Below, piece by piece: positions 26,962 through 40,879 of a stretch of 64,000 bases of DNA. The DNA comes from the human T2T-CHM13v2.0 reference genome, Homo sapiens: the NCBI RefSeq assembly GCF_009914755.1, contig NC_060926.1. One strand, written 5' to 3'. Positions within the stretch are counted from its first letter, which is position 1, and every line of letters starts with the position of its first letter. The notes beneath the pieces were generated by a model, which was not told where the DNA came from, did no database searches, and saw only the letters and a program-made list of their open reading frames with translations. The position numbers and the translations under genes are program-made.

Positions 26962-28817
26962 GCCTCTCTATCTGATCTTTCATGTTACTTGTCTTTCCCT
27001 CCCAGATTCCCTGGAGCAGTGGAGATGAGATGTCTGGTAATAGCCATCAAGTTAATATCTTAGAATTAATGTCATAGAATTTGTAAAATGTACAAAGATT
27101 TTCATGTGTAACTTTTCTCTTCATATTTATTCCATCAACAAACACAGTGGGGTAAGACACACTTCCTGTTAGGAGAAGGTAAGCACTCAAGAGGGGCCAC
27201 TGGCATCTGACTTGGGGCATTGGAGCCATTTCATAGACTCTGAGGGTGGAGATGCCAGAGGGCAGGATCTAAGCCAGAGCCCATTCCGTTTCTGAACCAT
27301 GGTCAAGAAAGAACAGAATACTGAGAAGATTGCAAGGACAAATGGGAGGGAGGTTGAGGAAAAATGTACAGACCTTTTTTTCCTTCCGCTTTCCCTGGAG
27401 GAAAGAAACAGTGAGATTCTAGCAACAGAGATTTGTTTAGGATGACAAAATGGCCTCTGAATTAAAGCTCTACTGCATTGATATAAAGAAAGGACATATT
27501 GTCTTTCCATGAATATTCTCTCATACACCGGGCACTCACTGCCAGACACTTGTCTGATTTTGAGGCATTGTCACCATTCACTATTGCCACATGTGTTAAT
27601 CTCCACTCATGTGGACTGAATATGTGTTTTAAGAGGTCAGGACCATCTGACACATATGAGGAAGTGGCATGAGTTGTACATGAGGTTTAAATTCCTGTGA
27701 AGGAATGGTTTTGCCCTTGATCTGTTCCGAACTATTTTTAACATTAATGTCCTATTTAAAAAGGCATCATCTGCCTCCAAAGTAGCTCGGTGGGGCGGCA
27801 TAGAGCCCCTGGGCAGGCTACGAGGCCCAGAGTGAAGGAGCTGATTGCTATTTATCACACATTACTGCTGGCTCCCAAGGATCAAAACTTTAAGCGCAAC
27901 TTGGTGGGGAAGAAAGGTTTCCATCTATTTCCTGGTATTGCAACTCTATGATTAATATGACCTAAGCTACCTAATTCTTGGAAAGATGCTAATATAATAA
28001 TACTTCTTTTTAAAGGTCAAAACTCTGTATTTCTTTCATTAGCTCCATCACGTGTGTCTCCAAGTTGAACACACCTCTGTGGTGTCTCTTCAAACCAGCA
28101 CAACCATGTTTTGTGGCAGGCTCAAAATACTCTTTTTGTTTCGAAAGAGGCGACATACTGAAAGACACATTTCCAGCCAAATTTACAGACTGCTTCTATC
28201 CCACCTTTCTTCCATGCTGCTAAAAAATATAGGATGAGTGCAGCCAGACAGATGCTATAACTACTGTAGGCAAGAAATATAGATTCTAGGTGGGAAGCTA
28301 CAGACACCGAGATAGAACCATGAAAATGTAACGTGAATGGTTGAGCTTTAACTCAGCAGAAATACTTGTTCTATTTAGTGTTTGTTATTCTCAAATGGTA
28401 AATCTTAGAGAAAACAGTTCTAGAGGAAGTGAAACCAGAGGTTTATTATGAAAATGAGCACAGAACTGAAGACGTGTTACGAGTCCCATATAATTGCCTG
28501 ACGGGGGCATAGCTAATCCAGCACAGCATCAGGCTGAGGCTAGAAGCTGGATTCAGCACAATTTGATCTGTTTTCTTCCCCAAAATATTCTCGTAGTGTT
28601 TTGTTTGGGGTGCTTCCATATCACTCTAACATGAATAGTGCCCAGGAATTCTGTTGTTTTATTTAGAGTAGGAACTTTTCTGAGAGAGATAAAAAAAAAT
28701 AAATCTGTTTAGTAATAGAACATGTTTTTTTTCCTCTATGCTGTTAGACTAAACTAAGTACACTTTTTCTCCAAAAAGTAGCAAGATAGCCCAGCCTACT
28801 TCAGAGTAGGACTGCTA

Positions 28818-28935
28818 TTCATTCATTTATGTATTCATTCATTCATGGATAAAGCATTTATTGAGCTTATATCACAGGGGCTGAGATTATAAAATGAGTA
28901 AACTGCAGTTGAATTCCTCAAGGTGCTCCATTGCC
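28818..28935 (-). mobile_element. L2 3' end
   Basis: (attc)n start, then gcatttattgagc. Confidence 0.7.
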
Positions 28936-28937
28936 TT

Positions 28938-29460
28938 TGTAGAGTCAAAATCTCCAGTGGTTAATTCCCCAGTTATTTACCCTCTTGTGTCCATGACTTT
29001 TCCATGTGACTGTGCAGTAGCTTGCCACTCTGAGCCCAGCCATGTGACATGCATGGCCAATAGGATAACCACAAATATGGAGCAAACAGAGGCTTGAGAA
29101 AGGTTGAATGATGGAACTTACTCATTCTTGCTGTCTGCCATCAGCAGGAGAACATGTCTGGGCCACTCTGCTGGAGGATGAGAGACATGGAACTGAGCCA
29201 TGCTGCCCCAGACATCTATGCTGATGTAGATCCTAGATCAGTCAATAGCCAATCTTCCCCCAGGCATATGAGGAAATCCAGGCAACATCAGCAGAACTAC
29301 CCAGCTGATTTATAGATTTCTGCAAATCCATGAGTGAATACAGTAAGATCAGCCATGCCCAGTCCAGGCCTTACAGATAATGAGCTAAAGTAATATCATT
29401 ATATACCACCAAGGTCTGTGGTTGTTATGCGGCTCTGTGCAACTAGGGCTAACTAATGGA
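28938..29460 (+). mobile_element. MLT1G/H-type solo LTR
   Basis: ccatgtgact...agccatgtgacatgcatggccaatagg...cagaggcttga...tgctggaggatgagagacat...ggttgttatgc...gctaacta. Confidence 0.7.
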
Positions 29461-29899
29461 TCACCCCAAGGGCTCAGTCTAGGACTCTTCTTGCTGTAGA
29501 GGCCTCAGCTGACCTTCACATGGGATTCTGAGTAGATCTAAAGCTCTTTACAAATCCTGATATTTTTGCCTTTGAAGCCATCCTGGATTTAAAAGCATCT
29601 GACTCACATGTGTTACATATACCATATGCTGCCAAATACACTAAGGGTGTTTTCTCTGGCCAGTATGGTTGTCAGTGAACACTGGCATCTCTTTGTTAGT
29701 GGATTTTCAATTAAGCCTTAGCATACAGGACTCTCTTTCCTAACTACAGGCATTGGAGGCCTCCCCCGACCTGTCTACCTCTATCCAGGTCTGGTTCCCG
29801 GCCTCAGGCAGCGCTTATCCAAGGGTTTTCTAGAGATCCCCCAGCTTTCATGATGTACAGCAATCTTTTCAGGCTGTCTAGATGACTGAAATAAAGTGC

Positions 29900-30080
29900 A
29901 TTTGATTAGCTATGAGCTATTAGTGGTCAAATCACTTCACCTCTCTGAGCTTCAGTTGTTTTATTTATAAAGAGGATGATAATGCTTAACTCAGAGGTGA
30001 GAAATAAAGAGATAAGTATATGGAGCGTATACTGCAGTGCTTAGCAAATAGTAAACATCCAAAAGATGACAGCCATGTTA
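29900..30080 (+). mobile_element. MIR
   Basis: tcacttcacctctctgagcttcagtt...gataat...agtgcttagcaaatagtaa. Confidence 0.7.
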
Positions 30081-31022
30081 ATTCTCTCCACTCTGCCTAA
30101 TCTTTAGTAATATTGTTCCCATGATGTGCTGGGAGAGGACCCTCGACAAATTATAAGGACCATGGAATTAAAATACATAGAAATGGCCTGCTGGAAAACA
30201 GCATAAGAGCAAAGTAAGCAAAATTCCCAGCCCCAGAACCCCTCAAAAGACTTCATCACCATGTTAGAAAGAGGCTTCATTGTGTGCTAAAATGCTGCAA
30301 GAAGGGTGTTGGAGGCAGAAGACTTTCAGCATCTGTTCTTCGGAAAATGCCTTACTTAAAAAAAAAATAGATCTGTATCTCTATGTATCCTGAAGCTGTG
30401 AGAATACAGCTTCAGATTCTCTCCTTCACCCCAGACATACGTACTCAAAAGTGTGGAAAAGGTTATAAGTATTACAAAGGCATCTGTTTAAGAAGTTATG
30501 AGGGGCGTGTAATCTGGGAAGGTGACTTGGTCAGGACTGAGGTCAAAATTATGATGTGCAGGTAGAGAAGTTCTAGCAGGAACCCAAATCAGTTTTTGAT
30601 CCTAACAGGTCTTTGGGATTTGTGGGTGAAGGTTAACATTTGGCTAACAGTGCTGGGCCATAAAGTTATATTTGAAATGTTGTACAAAGGAAAATAGCAC
30701 ACAAATCTAAAATCCAAAGCTTATAGTTACTTTGGAAACTGGTGTCTTATAATTTCTTACTGTGAAACAAAAATGGAATTAATGAGTTAATTTTAGTTTT
30801 GTTCTTGTTTGTTTGGTAGAGGTAATCAATGAGTGAAAGTTATTCCAGAATTGGTTCATATTATTTAAATGAAGATAGAAATGACCTGGACTCTTGGTGT
30901 CTGTCAGTGTTCTTATCAAATTGCATGGGGACAGTTACCTTAAGGAATTAAATAGCCACTAAGACATGGCATAAAACATGAACACACAAGTTCATTTCTA
31001 TAACAGTAATACATTTGGACAC

Positions 31023-31476
31023 TGCATTATTACCTAGGGCTGCCATAACAAATTGCTGTAAGCTGAGTAGTCAAAACAGAAATTTTATCCTGTCACAGTC
31101 CTAGAGGCTAGAAGTCCAAAAGCAAGGGGTCAGCAGGGCTGCACTCCATCCAAAGACTCTAGGGTAGAAACTCCCTTGCCTCTTCCTAGCTTCTGTGGTT
31201 GCTGAGAATCCCTGGCATCCCTTGTCTGATAGCTACGTCACTCGAATTTCTGCCTCCATCCCCAGATGACCCTCTTCCCTTGTGTGTGTCTCTGGTTCTG
31301 TTTGTCCTCTTCTCTTCTTGTAAGGACACCAGCTCATAATAAATTTAGGGCCACCCTAATCCAGTATGACCTTATTTAAACTAATTATATCTATAAAACC
31401 CCTATTTCTAAATAAGGTAACATTCTGAGGTTCCATTGGACATGAATTTTTGGGGAACACCATTCAAACTAGTATA
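31023..31476 (-). mobile_element. MLT1C solo LTR
   Basis: tagggctgccataacaaat...ggctagaagtcc...cttgcctcttcctagcttct...taaggacacc...accctaatccagtatgacc; exact 5-bp TSD gacac. Confidence 0.9.
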
Positions 31477-32094
31477 GACACCCAAATGGAGATAATGAAC
31501 AACAGGCTTTCTATCCTGCTTCAAAACAGCCAGGAAATCAGTCAATATTTCTTAAGTGCAGTGCATTGTTTGTCACATTATTTGTTATGTGGGAGAGCTG
31601 AGGGTGGTGGATATGAAACGCCTCTGGGTTTTTTTGTTTGTTTGTTTTCTTTTCTCTCTCTCTATCTCTCAATCTCTCCCCTCCCCCCACTGTCTGTTTT
31701 GTAAACTATATTGACATCATTCAACTTTCAAGTTGGTGGAAGAGAAACAAAAACAAAAACATATACTTAGCAGAAGATATAGGCATTTGCTATTTATTAT
31801 GTCTCAAAATAACAGCCAAAGCAAAGCAAAGTTTTAATGGAGAGCACATGTAACAGATGCTTTTTTCATTTCTTCAATTCATCATATTGTGATATTTGTT
31901 TTATTAGCAAGGAATGTGTTGGGTGATGAAGAGACTGGAGAGAGAGAGAGAGAGGAAAAGACTGGGCTAAACCGAGTTGACTTTAGATGAAAAAATTTTT
32001 AAACCCATATATGCATACACAGTTTATGAGGTTGAGTTACTTAATAGAAAGTAACATATGCCAAATATGTCTGCTTCCTTCCCATTGCTGGTAT

Positions 32095-32260
32095 AGAAAG
32101 CAGGAGTTCTGAGTGATTGATTGTAAGCTCTACCACTGAATGTCAATAATTTATCAACCTTTCTGTGTCTGTAAAATGGGGATAATTACACTTGTTCTGT
32201 CTATCTTTCAAATTCATTGTGAAGATTAAATGTGATCATGGAAATAAAATGAATTTGAAT
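32095..32260 (+). mobile_element. MIR
   Basis: gctctaccactg...tctgtaaaatggggataat...ttgtgaagattaaatg. Confidence 0.7.
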
Positions 32261-32379
32261 TCTAAAGTAAAAACATATTCTCGTGATTGCCATATACTGT
32301 TGGTGCACTTGAATACTGAATGGGTATTCTTGGCAAAGTCTAGGATTTATTGTCTTGTCCAGTTATGTAACAAGAGCGG

Positions 32380-32600
32380 CCACCATTTATTGAGCAACTG
32401 CTATAAAGTGCTGTGTGAGTCACTTTATAAAAACAATTCCTACTGCTCACAATGACTCTGCAAAATAGACTTTGTTGTCCCCATTTTGAACAGAAGTAAC
32501 TGCAACAAGGTCTAAGTGAGCTCTGCCTGGTCAACTCGTTTTAGCTTCCGAGTAGCACAACTTGCACGTGGCAAGGCCAGGAATTTCTGCCAAAGTCAAG
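32380..32600 (-). mobile_element. MIR
   Basis: accatttattgagcaactgcta...ctcacaatgactctg...ccccattttg. Confidence 0.7.
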
Positions 32601-32644
32601 TTGGTTTTTCTTTCTCTCCCCTCCACCAAGATACCCCTGGGATT

Positions 32645-32692
32645 TCTCTCTCTCTGTCACACACACACACACACACACGCACACACACTCAC
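32645..32692. repeat. Compound (CT)n(CA)n microsatellite
   Basis: tctctctctctgtcacacacacacacacacacacgcacacacactcac. Confidence 0.9.
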
Positions 32693-35600
32693 ATTCATCT
32701 GCATCTTTCTCCCTCTCCCCCATACCAAGCACGTTGAGCAAATTAGTTATTTATTTATTTTTTTAATAAATCAATCTCAACCATTATTAGATGGCACTTG
32801 GGCATAATCAAAAAGAATTGTTTGAGAGAATTTTTTGATTTTCATCTGGTTATTAGCAGGCTCTGAGTTTCTGTGGTTCAGTGCAGATGGAATCAAAATG
32901 AAACAAGAGTGTTCCACATGCAGTTTTGCAAGTCTAAGTACAACCATTTCCCCTACTTAATCCTCGGCTTAGTGCTGGTGTTCAGTGACGGCAAAAGAGG
33001 TTTCCCACTTGCTTCTCTGTTCCAGTTTAGCTAGACCCAGACCACTCAGGAAAACCTGGGGTCCTGCCAATTTCATCTGCCTCTCCTCTGTTGAGAATGG
33101 AGTGTGTTAATCTTCTAGTTTACAGAAGATAGAATTCAGGAAGATAGCATTGATTTCTAATTACTTTTTATCCTGTCCTTTAACATTTTCTGTTTGATAA
33201 TGCTTTGTAATATATCTAATCTAGTAGTACAATTGCAGAAATATTGGAGATGTGTGCTCGAAAATATTTTACTGATGGACAATATGATTTAAAACAATTT
33301 TAAAACCACTGAACCGGAGCAGTAGAGGCATTTCGCTCCATCCTTGGCTTGGACTGGTGTTTTTAGAATCCTTGGCATGACCTATTTTGTTTGTAAACTC
33401 TATGAGATAGTTCTTTGGGTTAAAGAAGGCCAGAATGGCAATGACACTTCATTTTTTTTTCCTTCCTGATCACGTAGCCGGTTTTGCCTATGAAAATGAG
33501 TTAATGTACTAAATGCCCCATTGCCCATTCTTCATGGTTTACCCTGGTCATAACTGTGCAAGTGGGCTGTATCTCAATGATGGAGGAATTGACAACAATC
33601 AAAAAGCAGCTCAGCCTCAACTCTCCTTTCTGATATAGCAACCAAAATCATGGCACAGAATCACAGAAGCTCAGGGCAGGTAATAACCAGATAATGTTGA
33701 AAATTTCACTTAAGCTATTATTTTTTATTAAATCTATGTAATAATATCTAATAATAATTGAGATGAACTTATTTAAACCAAATGACTAATGTTTAATGCT
33801 CACTTTTCTAGTTAGTGACCGTTGTGACTCCTCATGTGACCCTAAGTCACCTTGGCTTCACCTTAATTTCCTAAACAGGCATGAAAATTCTGTTCATTAT
33901 GCACAAAGCTCTTTTTTGCAATGGTGAGCATTGTCTCACCACCTCTTGACTTTTGTTAATCTGACAGCCACACAGTCCTTTCTTGGGGAATATTGCAAAG
34001 TGTCTTCAATTCAATTGCATTTCTGTGGTCGTGGGGTTTTATATAATTACAGAAGTTCTGTAGTTGATTTGAATGTTATATCCCTGTTGTGGAATTACGT
34101 TTGGACTTTATCCTAAAGGACAGGGAAGGGATTGTGTTTGTTTTGTTTGAACATTTCTTGTCACAGGACTATGTTGGAGACAAACCCCAATGACACAAAC
34201 ATTCAAACACCACCTTCAGATGTAATATTGATTTATAAAACAACAGTGCACAGCTGCCAAGCTTCGCTCTTGAATACAGAGGGTCTTCAATTCCCAACAA
34301 ATTACTGGCATTTCTACCAATTTACAAATTAGAGTTTCCTCAGAATATCTCACAGTTCTTAATATTCCAGTCACCTTCCTTTTCAGCCTTCTCTCTTGAA
34401 ATCTGTGTGTGGGGAGGAGGGAGGAGGGAGAAAGTAGAGCATTTGTAAAATTGGAGTTAAAAAAATCTAGATCAACTTTTATCCTTAGGCAAATTATGCA
34501 CAGAGTTAAATTAAACCACTATATGTACTTGTAGATTGAAGAATCAGAGGTGGAGGAGGGGTCAGAGACACCGAGATCAAAGTTTCTGTTCTTTGAACAA
34601 AATCCCTTTGAAAAGCCCCCCATGCCACCTATCCTGCTTGTTAATGTTTTGACTGGGAGTGTCTAGCCGTGTCATCGGCAGCAGAATATTTTTAGTACCA
34701 TATTTTATTTTATTTTCTGTGTGCAGCTAGCTCTACTTAGCAAAGCACCAGATCCTTTGCCAGCTCTGTTCTATGTCTCTTAGGGGAATATTTTTGTTAA
34801 TTGCAAATATTTGATTGACAAACATAGGATGCAATTAGTAGTCAGGCACAGTAGGAATGTGCAGTGAACTGGATCCCTGAACCAACGGATCTCAACTCAA
34901 CTCTCTCAGCTTGATCTGAAATCGACTAGAGCATTTCAACCATATGTTTGCCTCAAACTTTCTCTTTCCTATGAATGTTGCTTATTTCCCCAAACTAGCT
35001 TCTTTTCACCTTGGCTCACTGAGGGAGCTAATTCCTCTATGATCAAGCCAAATGAAGAAAGAAAATTCTTCACAAGTTTCAGTCTGGTGGGGCTATTTGA
35101 CCATGGCTGTAAAAATTAATGTGGACAAAATTACACATGCCAGTTGTTTCTCTCCAAAGCCCTAGGTGGAAAAAAGAATCTAATCTCTTCTGAATTCAGA
35201 CATTTTATTTTTCATAGCTATTTAAAACAACCTGGCAACATCTGATTATCTTTATCAATTACATTTTGCTTCTTTATGCATATAGCAAGATGAGCTGTTT
35301 GTTCTGTCTTACTGCAGTATGTGAAATAAATTTCTGTTTTCAAAATATACCATTTATTTTAAAGGTATTCTGTTTGCCACAGATCAATGGGAGGAACTGG
35401 AATCTGATGCTATCAGATATTCTGAACTTCCTTCCCCCTTGAGAAATTAATTAAAACTCACAAAATTTGAGGGGAAAGAGCAAACTTCAAAGCCTTAAGT
35501 ACCAGCTTTAAAAAGTCTTAAGAAAATGTACGCTGTTTACCCACATACATGATGTAAAAAACAAAGTTGAAAACAAAAAAAATAATGTAGTCAAATTGGG

Positions 35601-37073
35601 GTTGTGGCTCTAAAACAGCAGTTCTCAATTTTTTTAACTCGTTGATGCAGTTCTCATGTTATTTTAGGGGGATGAGATATACAATATGAGTTGCTCTCTC
35701 TGAAGGATAAGCAAAGAGTTATCAACATTGTGGGTAAAGAGATAAGACATCTCTCAAAGCTGGAGGAGAGCATACTGTATGCTTACGAACATTCTGCAAG
35801 TTCATGGCAAATGATGTGGGGCCTTCAACGAAGATGGGGAACCTGAAACCCAGGGAGATTTTAAATTAGTTCAAGGACACACTGGAAGTGCTCGGTGATA
35901 TGGAAATATAGGGCAGGAATCCTGACATGCAGCCCATGAAACCAGAATGCTTGTCAAGTCTGTCAATTATAATGTGCCACATTCCAAATAAAGCTTTAAA
36001 AATGGGTGTCGCAAGGCTGCAAGGCACTGCTGTGGTTCATCTTGACCATCCTCCTGCCTCTAGAAAAGCTGTGATTAATTTTTTAAAACTAGCAGTCTGC
36101 TTCAAACATACAAATAAAAGGTGTTCTTCATGTTTAGAATTTAAATAAAACCATAGTAGAGCAAACTAGGAATTTGGAAAAATAAGAAAACAATCTCGTG
36201 TTCTCTTGTTTTTCTCTCTCTCTCTCTTTATTTCTTCCTTCTTGGAATGATGATCCTAAGCTCAGTGACCATGAAACTATTGGGATGGATCTGGTTTACT
36301 GCGTAGAGCACTGACACAGCAGCTCCTTGGGTGTCTGTGTGCCCTGTGGCTTTTGCCATTAGTCAAGGCATTGTCTAAGCTGATCACATCAGCTAAGGTC
36401 CCCTAACTCACGTAAGCTCACCATATGCCTGGATGCCATAGATCCTTGGAAATAGACAAGTTTAGAGGTGGAAGGATCAGGAAGAAAATGTACCCATTCA
36501 ACAGATGAGACATCAGAGGCTCAGCAAGTGGTGACTGTTTTGAATAACTTGAAGTAATACCAAAGCCAGCTTCTGAATGGTGTAATGGTTTGAGCTCTGC
36601 AAGCCTGGAAGAGTATGAGGCATGGGGGAGAAATCAATGAGAAGAATAAATTGAAGCAGCTACACAGATAGATTTGACTGATCTAGTGACAGCTTTCTGA
36701 GATGAACATTTTGTATGTGGGGAGGCGGGGCTTGTGAGGGAAGGACGGTGTATATTTTTTCGAGTAGAATAGGATAACACCTCAGATGATGAGTCCATAA
36801 CCTCAAATTTTATGATAGGAAATCAGATAATGCACTGGATACTGTTGTTGGATTTCTAAGGTATATATTTCCCTAAATGCTGCCTTCAGAGAAAACTAGT
36901 GGCCCTCAGGGAATCAGGTCTCTTCTCAGAATTTCCTCGTTTGTCTCAGTTTGCAGTTCGTTCGCTAATGCTGTGGCCTGTAAGTGAGCTCACATCTGAG
37001 ATTGTAAAGGCTTGTGTAAGGGGATTCTTCTCTTTTTTTTATAACTCTTAGTAGGGACTCTCTGCCACTCTAC

Positions 37074-37263
37074 CAGAGACTGGCAAATGTAAGTGTGCAC
37101 CAGAAGCACCTTCAAGGCCTATTAAAATGCAGATTGCTGGGCTCCACCCTCAGAGATTCTGATTTAACATTTTTGAGGTAGGGCCCCAGAATCTGCATTT
37201 GTATAAAAGCTCACCGATGCTACTGATGCTGCTGTTCCAAGGACCACACTTTGAGAAACACTG
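37074..37263. mobile_element. MER5A hAT MITE
   Basis: ttaaaatgcagattgctgggctccaccctcagagattctgattt...agaatctgcattt...gaccacactttgagaaacactg. Confidence 0.9.
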
Positions 37264-38314
37264 CTCTTTATATAGAAGCAATGTTCAGTGTATGCTATTG
37301 ACTGAAAAATCTTTATGTTCACCTGTATAAAAAAAGATAAGAGTTGGAGAACAAAATAATATTGGCAGGTACCAGCTGCTCAATAAATATTTTTGATCGA
37401 TTGAGTTGAGGATTGATGTTACTCTCCATTTGCTTATATTGCTCAAAACAAATTATGAAGTTGAGTAAATTCCAAAACTTTTTTCTCTGTCAGCCATATC
37501 CCAGGCTGTGTTCAAATATCATTATCTAATATTTTTAAACCTTAGTTTTCTCAGTTTTAAATTGGGGGAAGTAGGGATATTGTGGAGGAGTAAATAAAAT
37601 AACTTTTGTTACAGTTCTTCTTAGCAGCGTGCTGTAGTGTAAACATACTCCTTTGTCTTACATAGCTATTGGTGAAAATACGTTTGCCAACTGGGAGGGG
37701 CCCTTCTTCTCTTTGAAATGAATTGGGAGGCATTCTTTAAGAAGTGCATCTTAAATTATGCCTCAGTATCCAATGATCTAAATGTGAAGAAATCTACAGG
37801 TAGCCTGTTTACTAATATGATTCCATGTGAAAAAGAGCATAGAAATCCTCTGTACTAAAAAATATTTCTATTAGAACATTTGAAGGAATTAATCAGTTTG
37901 TTTTAATTTATGGGGAATCACTAAATGGTTTAATGGGCTAGCACATAATGAATAAATAATGGAAAACCTTCAAAATCAGGACACTAAGTGGCCCAGATGT
38001 TCATCAGCTGTTTTGTAAGCATATACACCTGTGGCTTAGTATTCAAAAGTTAAGAATATTTATGTTAGTTTTCTAACAAAAATATCTTTAAAAAAATTTA
38101 AATATAAGTAAATAAAAAGAAAGCAATATGAAAAAAAAATTCGGAATAGATTTACATTCCTTGATAGTCTTTGGGTCAGATGCTTATACCTTTGGTTCTT
38201 TATATAAATAAAAATAAAGGATTCTTATTTTCCAGATAAGTTTTTATCTCCACATGAAATTAGAAGTAGATGACTCAGTTCTAGGTAACAAATATATTAT
38301 TTACATATTTATTT

Positions 38315-38570
38315 TAACTTATATGAAAATTTACAGAGTTCTTACTATGTTCCTGGTGTTATTTTAAGTGCTTTATGAATATGAAGTCATTTAATCCTCA
38401 TACCCCACGAGATGGGTATAATTGGTATCACCCCCATTTAACAATTAAGAAAACTGAGGCACAAATAAATTAAGAAAATTGCCTATAGTCACATAGCTAG
38501 TAAACAGCATAGCAAGGATTTGAACCTAGGTGATCTGGGACTGTGTTCCTGCTCATCCTACACTACTGTC
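38315..38570 (-). mobile_element. MIR
   Basis: cttactatg...catttaatcctcat...aaactgaggcaca...gtcacatagctagtaa...ggatttgaacctagg. Confidence 0.85.
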
Positions 38571-38729
38571 CCAGCGACCCCAGTGACAAATACTGGACTG
38601 GGCGATGTGATGCGATGTATAAGTGGCACACCTTCGTGGAATTTACAGTCTCGCTGGGATTACAAACACAACAGCATTCGTTAAAATTCAAGTGCTAAAG
38701 GACAAGTGCCAATATTTATGGTGTGTAGA

Positions 38730-39045
38730 CAGAGGCCACAAACTAGAGAGCCCAAGATAAAATCTGGCTTGTGGATATGTTTTGTTTGGCTCATACAACA
38801 TTTTGAAATTTTTGAGCTAATGGCTTACAATGAAAAATTATATAAATATTCCAGATTTTTAGTCATTAAAAAACACACAAAACTTAAACATTCACTGTGC
38901 CCAAATTTGGCATGAAACAAACAGATGGCACTAAATTCTCTCCTATTTGCTCCAGTCTCTGACATTCACACAATGTATATGTATGCATTTTTATCAGATG
39001 CATGCCATTCATTTATTTTTCTTGCTGAGTTCCTGAGTTGACCCA
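38730..39045 (+). mobile_element. MER102-like hAT-Charlie element
   Basis: cagaggccacaaact...aatctggc...tgttttgtttggc...ccagatttt. Confidence 0.6.
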
Positions 39046-39379
39046 TATATGTGTCCTGAGAAAGGGGTGTTGGATGTCCGGGGGACAGCTATTGCCTGGA
39101 ATACTTGTAGAAGTTTCAGGAAGAAAAGTTATTTGCACTAAACTTCAAAAGAGGAGGACAGGTGGTTGTAACAAGATTGCAGTGAGCCTTCTGATTCTTT
39201 CTGACACCCTAGAGTGTATCTATACAAAACAACTCTTCTAAATTCAGCCAAAATAATGAGTAGATGTTGCAGTGTTCTGACACTTACTTTTGTAGTGGCT
39301 ACCATTTGACTAGCCAAAATATTCTTGCCTCATTGTTTATTCACTGTAGTAGTATTGCTAGTCTCACTTCTCTGAATTA

Positions 39380-39632
39380 GAAAGAAAGCTCCTTCTAAGA
39401 AACACACTACACAGAGACAGGGATCTGTTTGTCTTGATCAATACTAAACTTCTAGAACCTAGTGCTGTGTCTGGAATGTTGTAAGAGCTCAATAATGTTC
39501 TAGGAAAAAAAGACAACTGGGAAAGACAAAATAAAAAGAAAGAAGAAAGGGGAAAGGAAAGAAGGAAGGAGAGGGAGGGAGGGAGAAAGGAAGGAAGGGA
39601 GGGAAAGAGAGAGAGAAAGAGAAAACAAAGCA
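39380..39632 (+). mobile_element. L2 3' end followed by a GA-rich low-complexity tract
   Basis: tctagaacctagtgctgtgtctggaatgttgtaagagctcaataa, then a purine-rich run at 39520-39630. Confidence 0.65.
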
Positions 39633-40368
39633 AGGCATCTGATGACTTCTCTGCGAGTTCTCTCCCTCACTAAGTGTTAGTAATGGCCATTGCCGATATA
39701 CATCCAGGAATAATAGTACAGGAACTTCGTGGGAATTTTCAGACTGTACAAGCTCTTTCTATGTTTGGTAAAGGTCAAATTTGTAACTCGTTTAAAGAAT
39801 CAGGTAGAGCCGTGATTTATCAAAGTATATTCCCTAGATGGCCCACATTGGGAAGGCATGCTTGCTGTGAATGTAGACTCCCATGCTCCCCCAACCCTCC
39901 ATGATCTAATGGCACACAGGAATTATGTATTTGTGCATGCCAGGTAATTCCTTTGCACCTTCAATTTTGCACACCAAATTTTGGTGGAAGTACCCTTAGG
40001 TGGAGAAGGTCTTAGCAACCTGTAATTTGAGCCTGCAATCACAAGGTTCACACAATCTGATTAAATTCAGTTGAGTTGAAAATTATACAGTTAATTTTGA
40101 ATAGATGCTACATCAATCTGACACTTCTTGATTAAGCTGAATTTTTACCTGACTGGTGGGTGCTTTGTTAATATAAGTTTATGTGCTGCCATGTATCTGC
40201 CAAAGTGTCACTAAAATTCTCTAGACACAGAATTTGGGAATTGGTTGTTTTATTTATTCATTTGTTATTATTTTAACTAGGTTGATTTAATTACGAAGTA
40301 TGCAAACTACAAAAGTAACAAAATTCTATTTTGTTTGGTTGATACTGTGGTTTAAACAAGTGAATTTA

Positions 40369-40686
40369 GGCTGGGCGCTATGGCTCACGCCTGTAATGTC
40401 AGCACTTTGAGAGGTCTAGGGGAGGGTGGATCACTTGAGCTCAGGAATTCGAGACCAGCCTGGCCAACATGGTCAAGCCCCATCTCTACTAAAAATATAA
40501 AAATTGGCTGGGCATAGTGGTGTGTGCCTGTAATCTCATCTACCTGGGAGGCTGAGGAATGAGAATCGCTTGAACCTGGGAAGCAGAGGTTGCAGTGAAC
40601 CGAGATTGTGCCACTGCACTGCAGCCTGGGTGACAGAGTGAGATTCTGTCTCAAAAATAAATAAATATGAGATGAAAAAAAAAAAA
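40369..40686 (+). mobile_element. AluS (Sz/Sx-like)
   Basis: Full Alu; TSD core tgaattta (40361-40368, 40690-40697). Confidence 0.95.
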
Positions 40687-40879
40687 GAATGAATTTAGAC
40701 GTCCTTATGAACATGCTCTGCCCAGTTTGGCCACAGGCTCCATCACTTCCCATTATATTTCACCAGGTTGTATTACACACTGATGGTACTAGCTCAAGTA
40801 TTTGGGCTTGCAACCTCAAAAACCAAAATAAAACAAAACAAAATAATGAGCTGACAGCTCTACTCTACTCTGTATGGGA

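Noticed and set aside
27187-27549. 120-aa minus-strand ORF, the longest outside repeats
   Set aside because: GTG start, no recognisable domain, length compatible with chance in 64 kb x 6 frames
40385-40753. Alu-derived ORFs (also 2354-2587, 5814-6026, 15292-15474, 47561-47770)
   Set aside because: Classic antisense-Alu translations (LSPRLECSG-like), not genes
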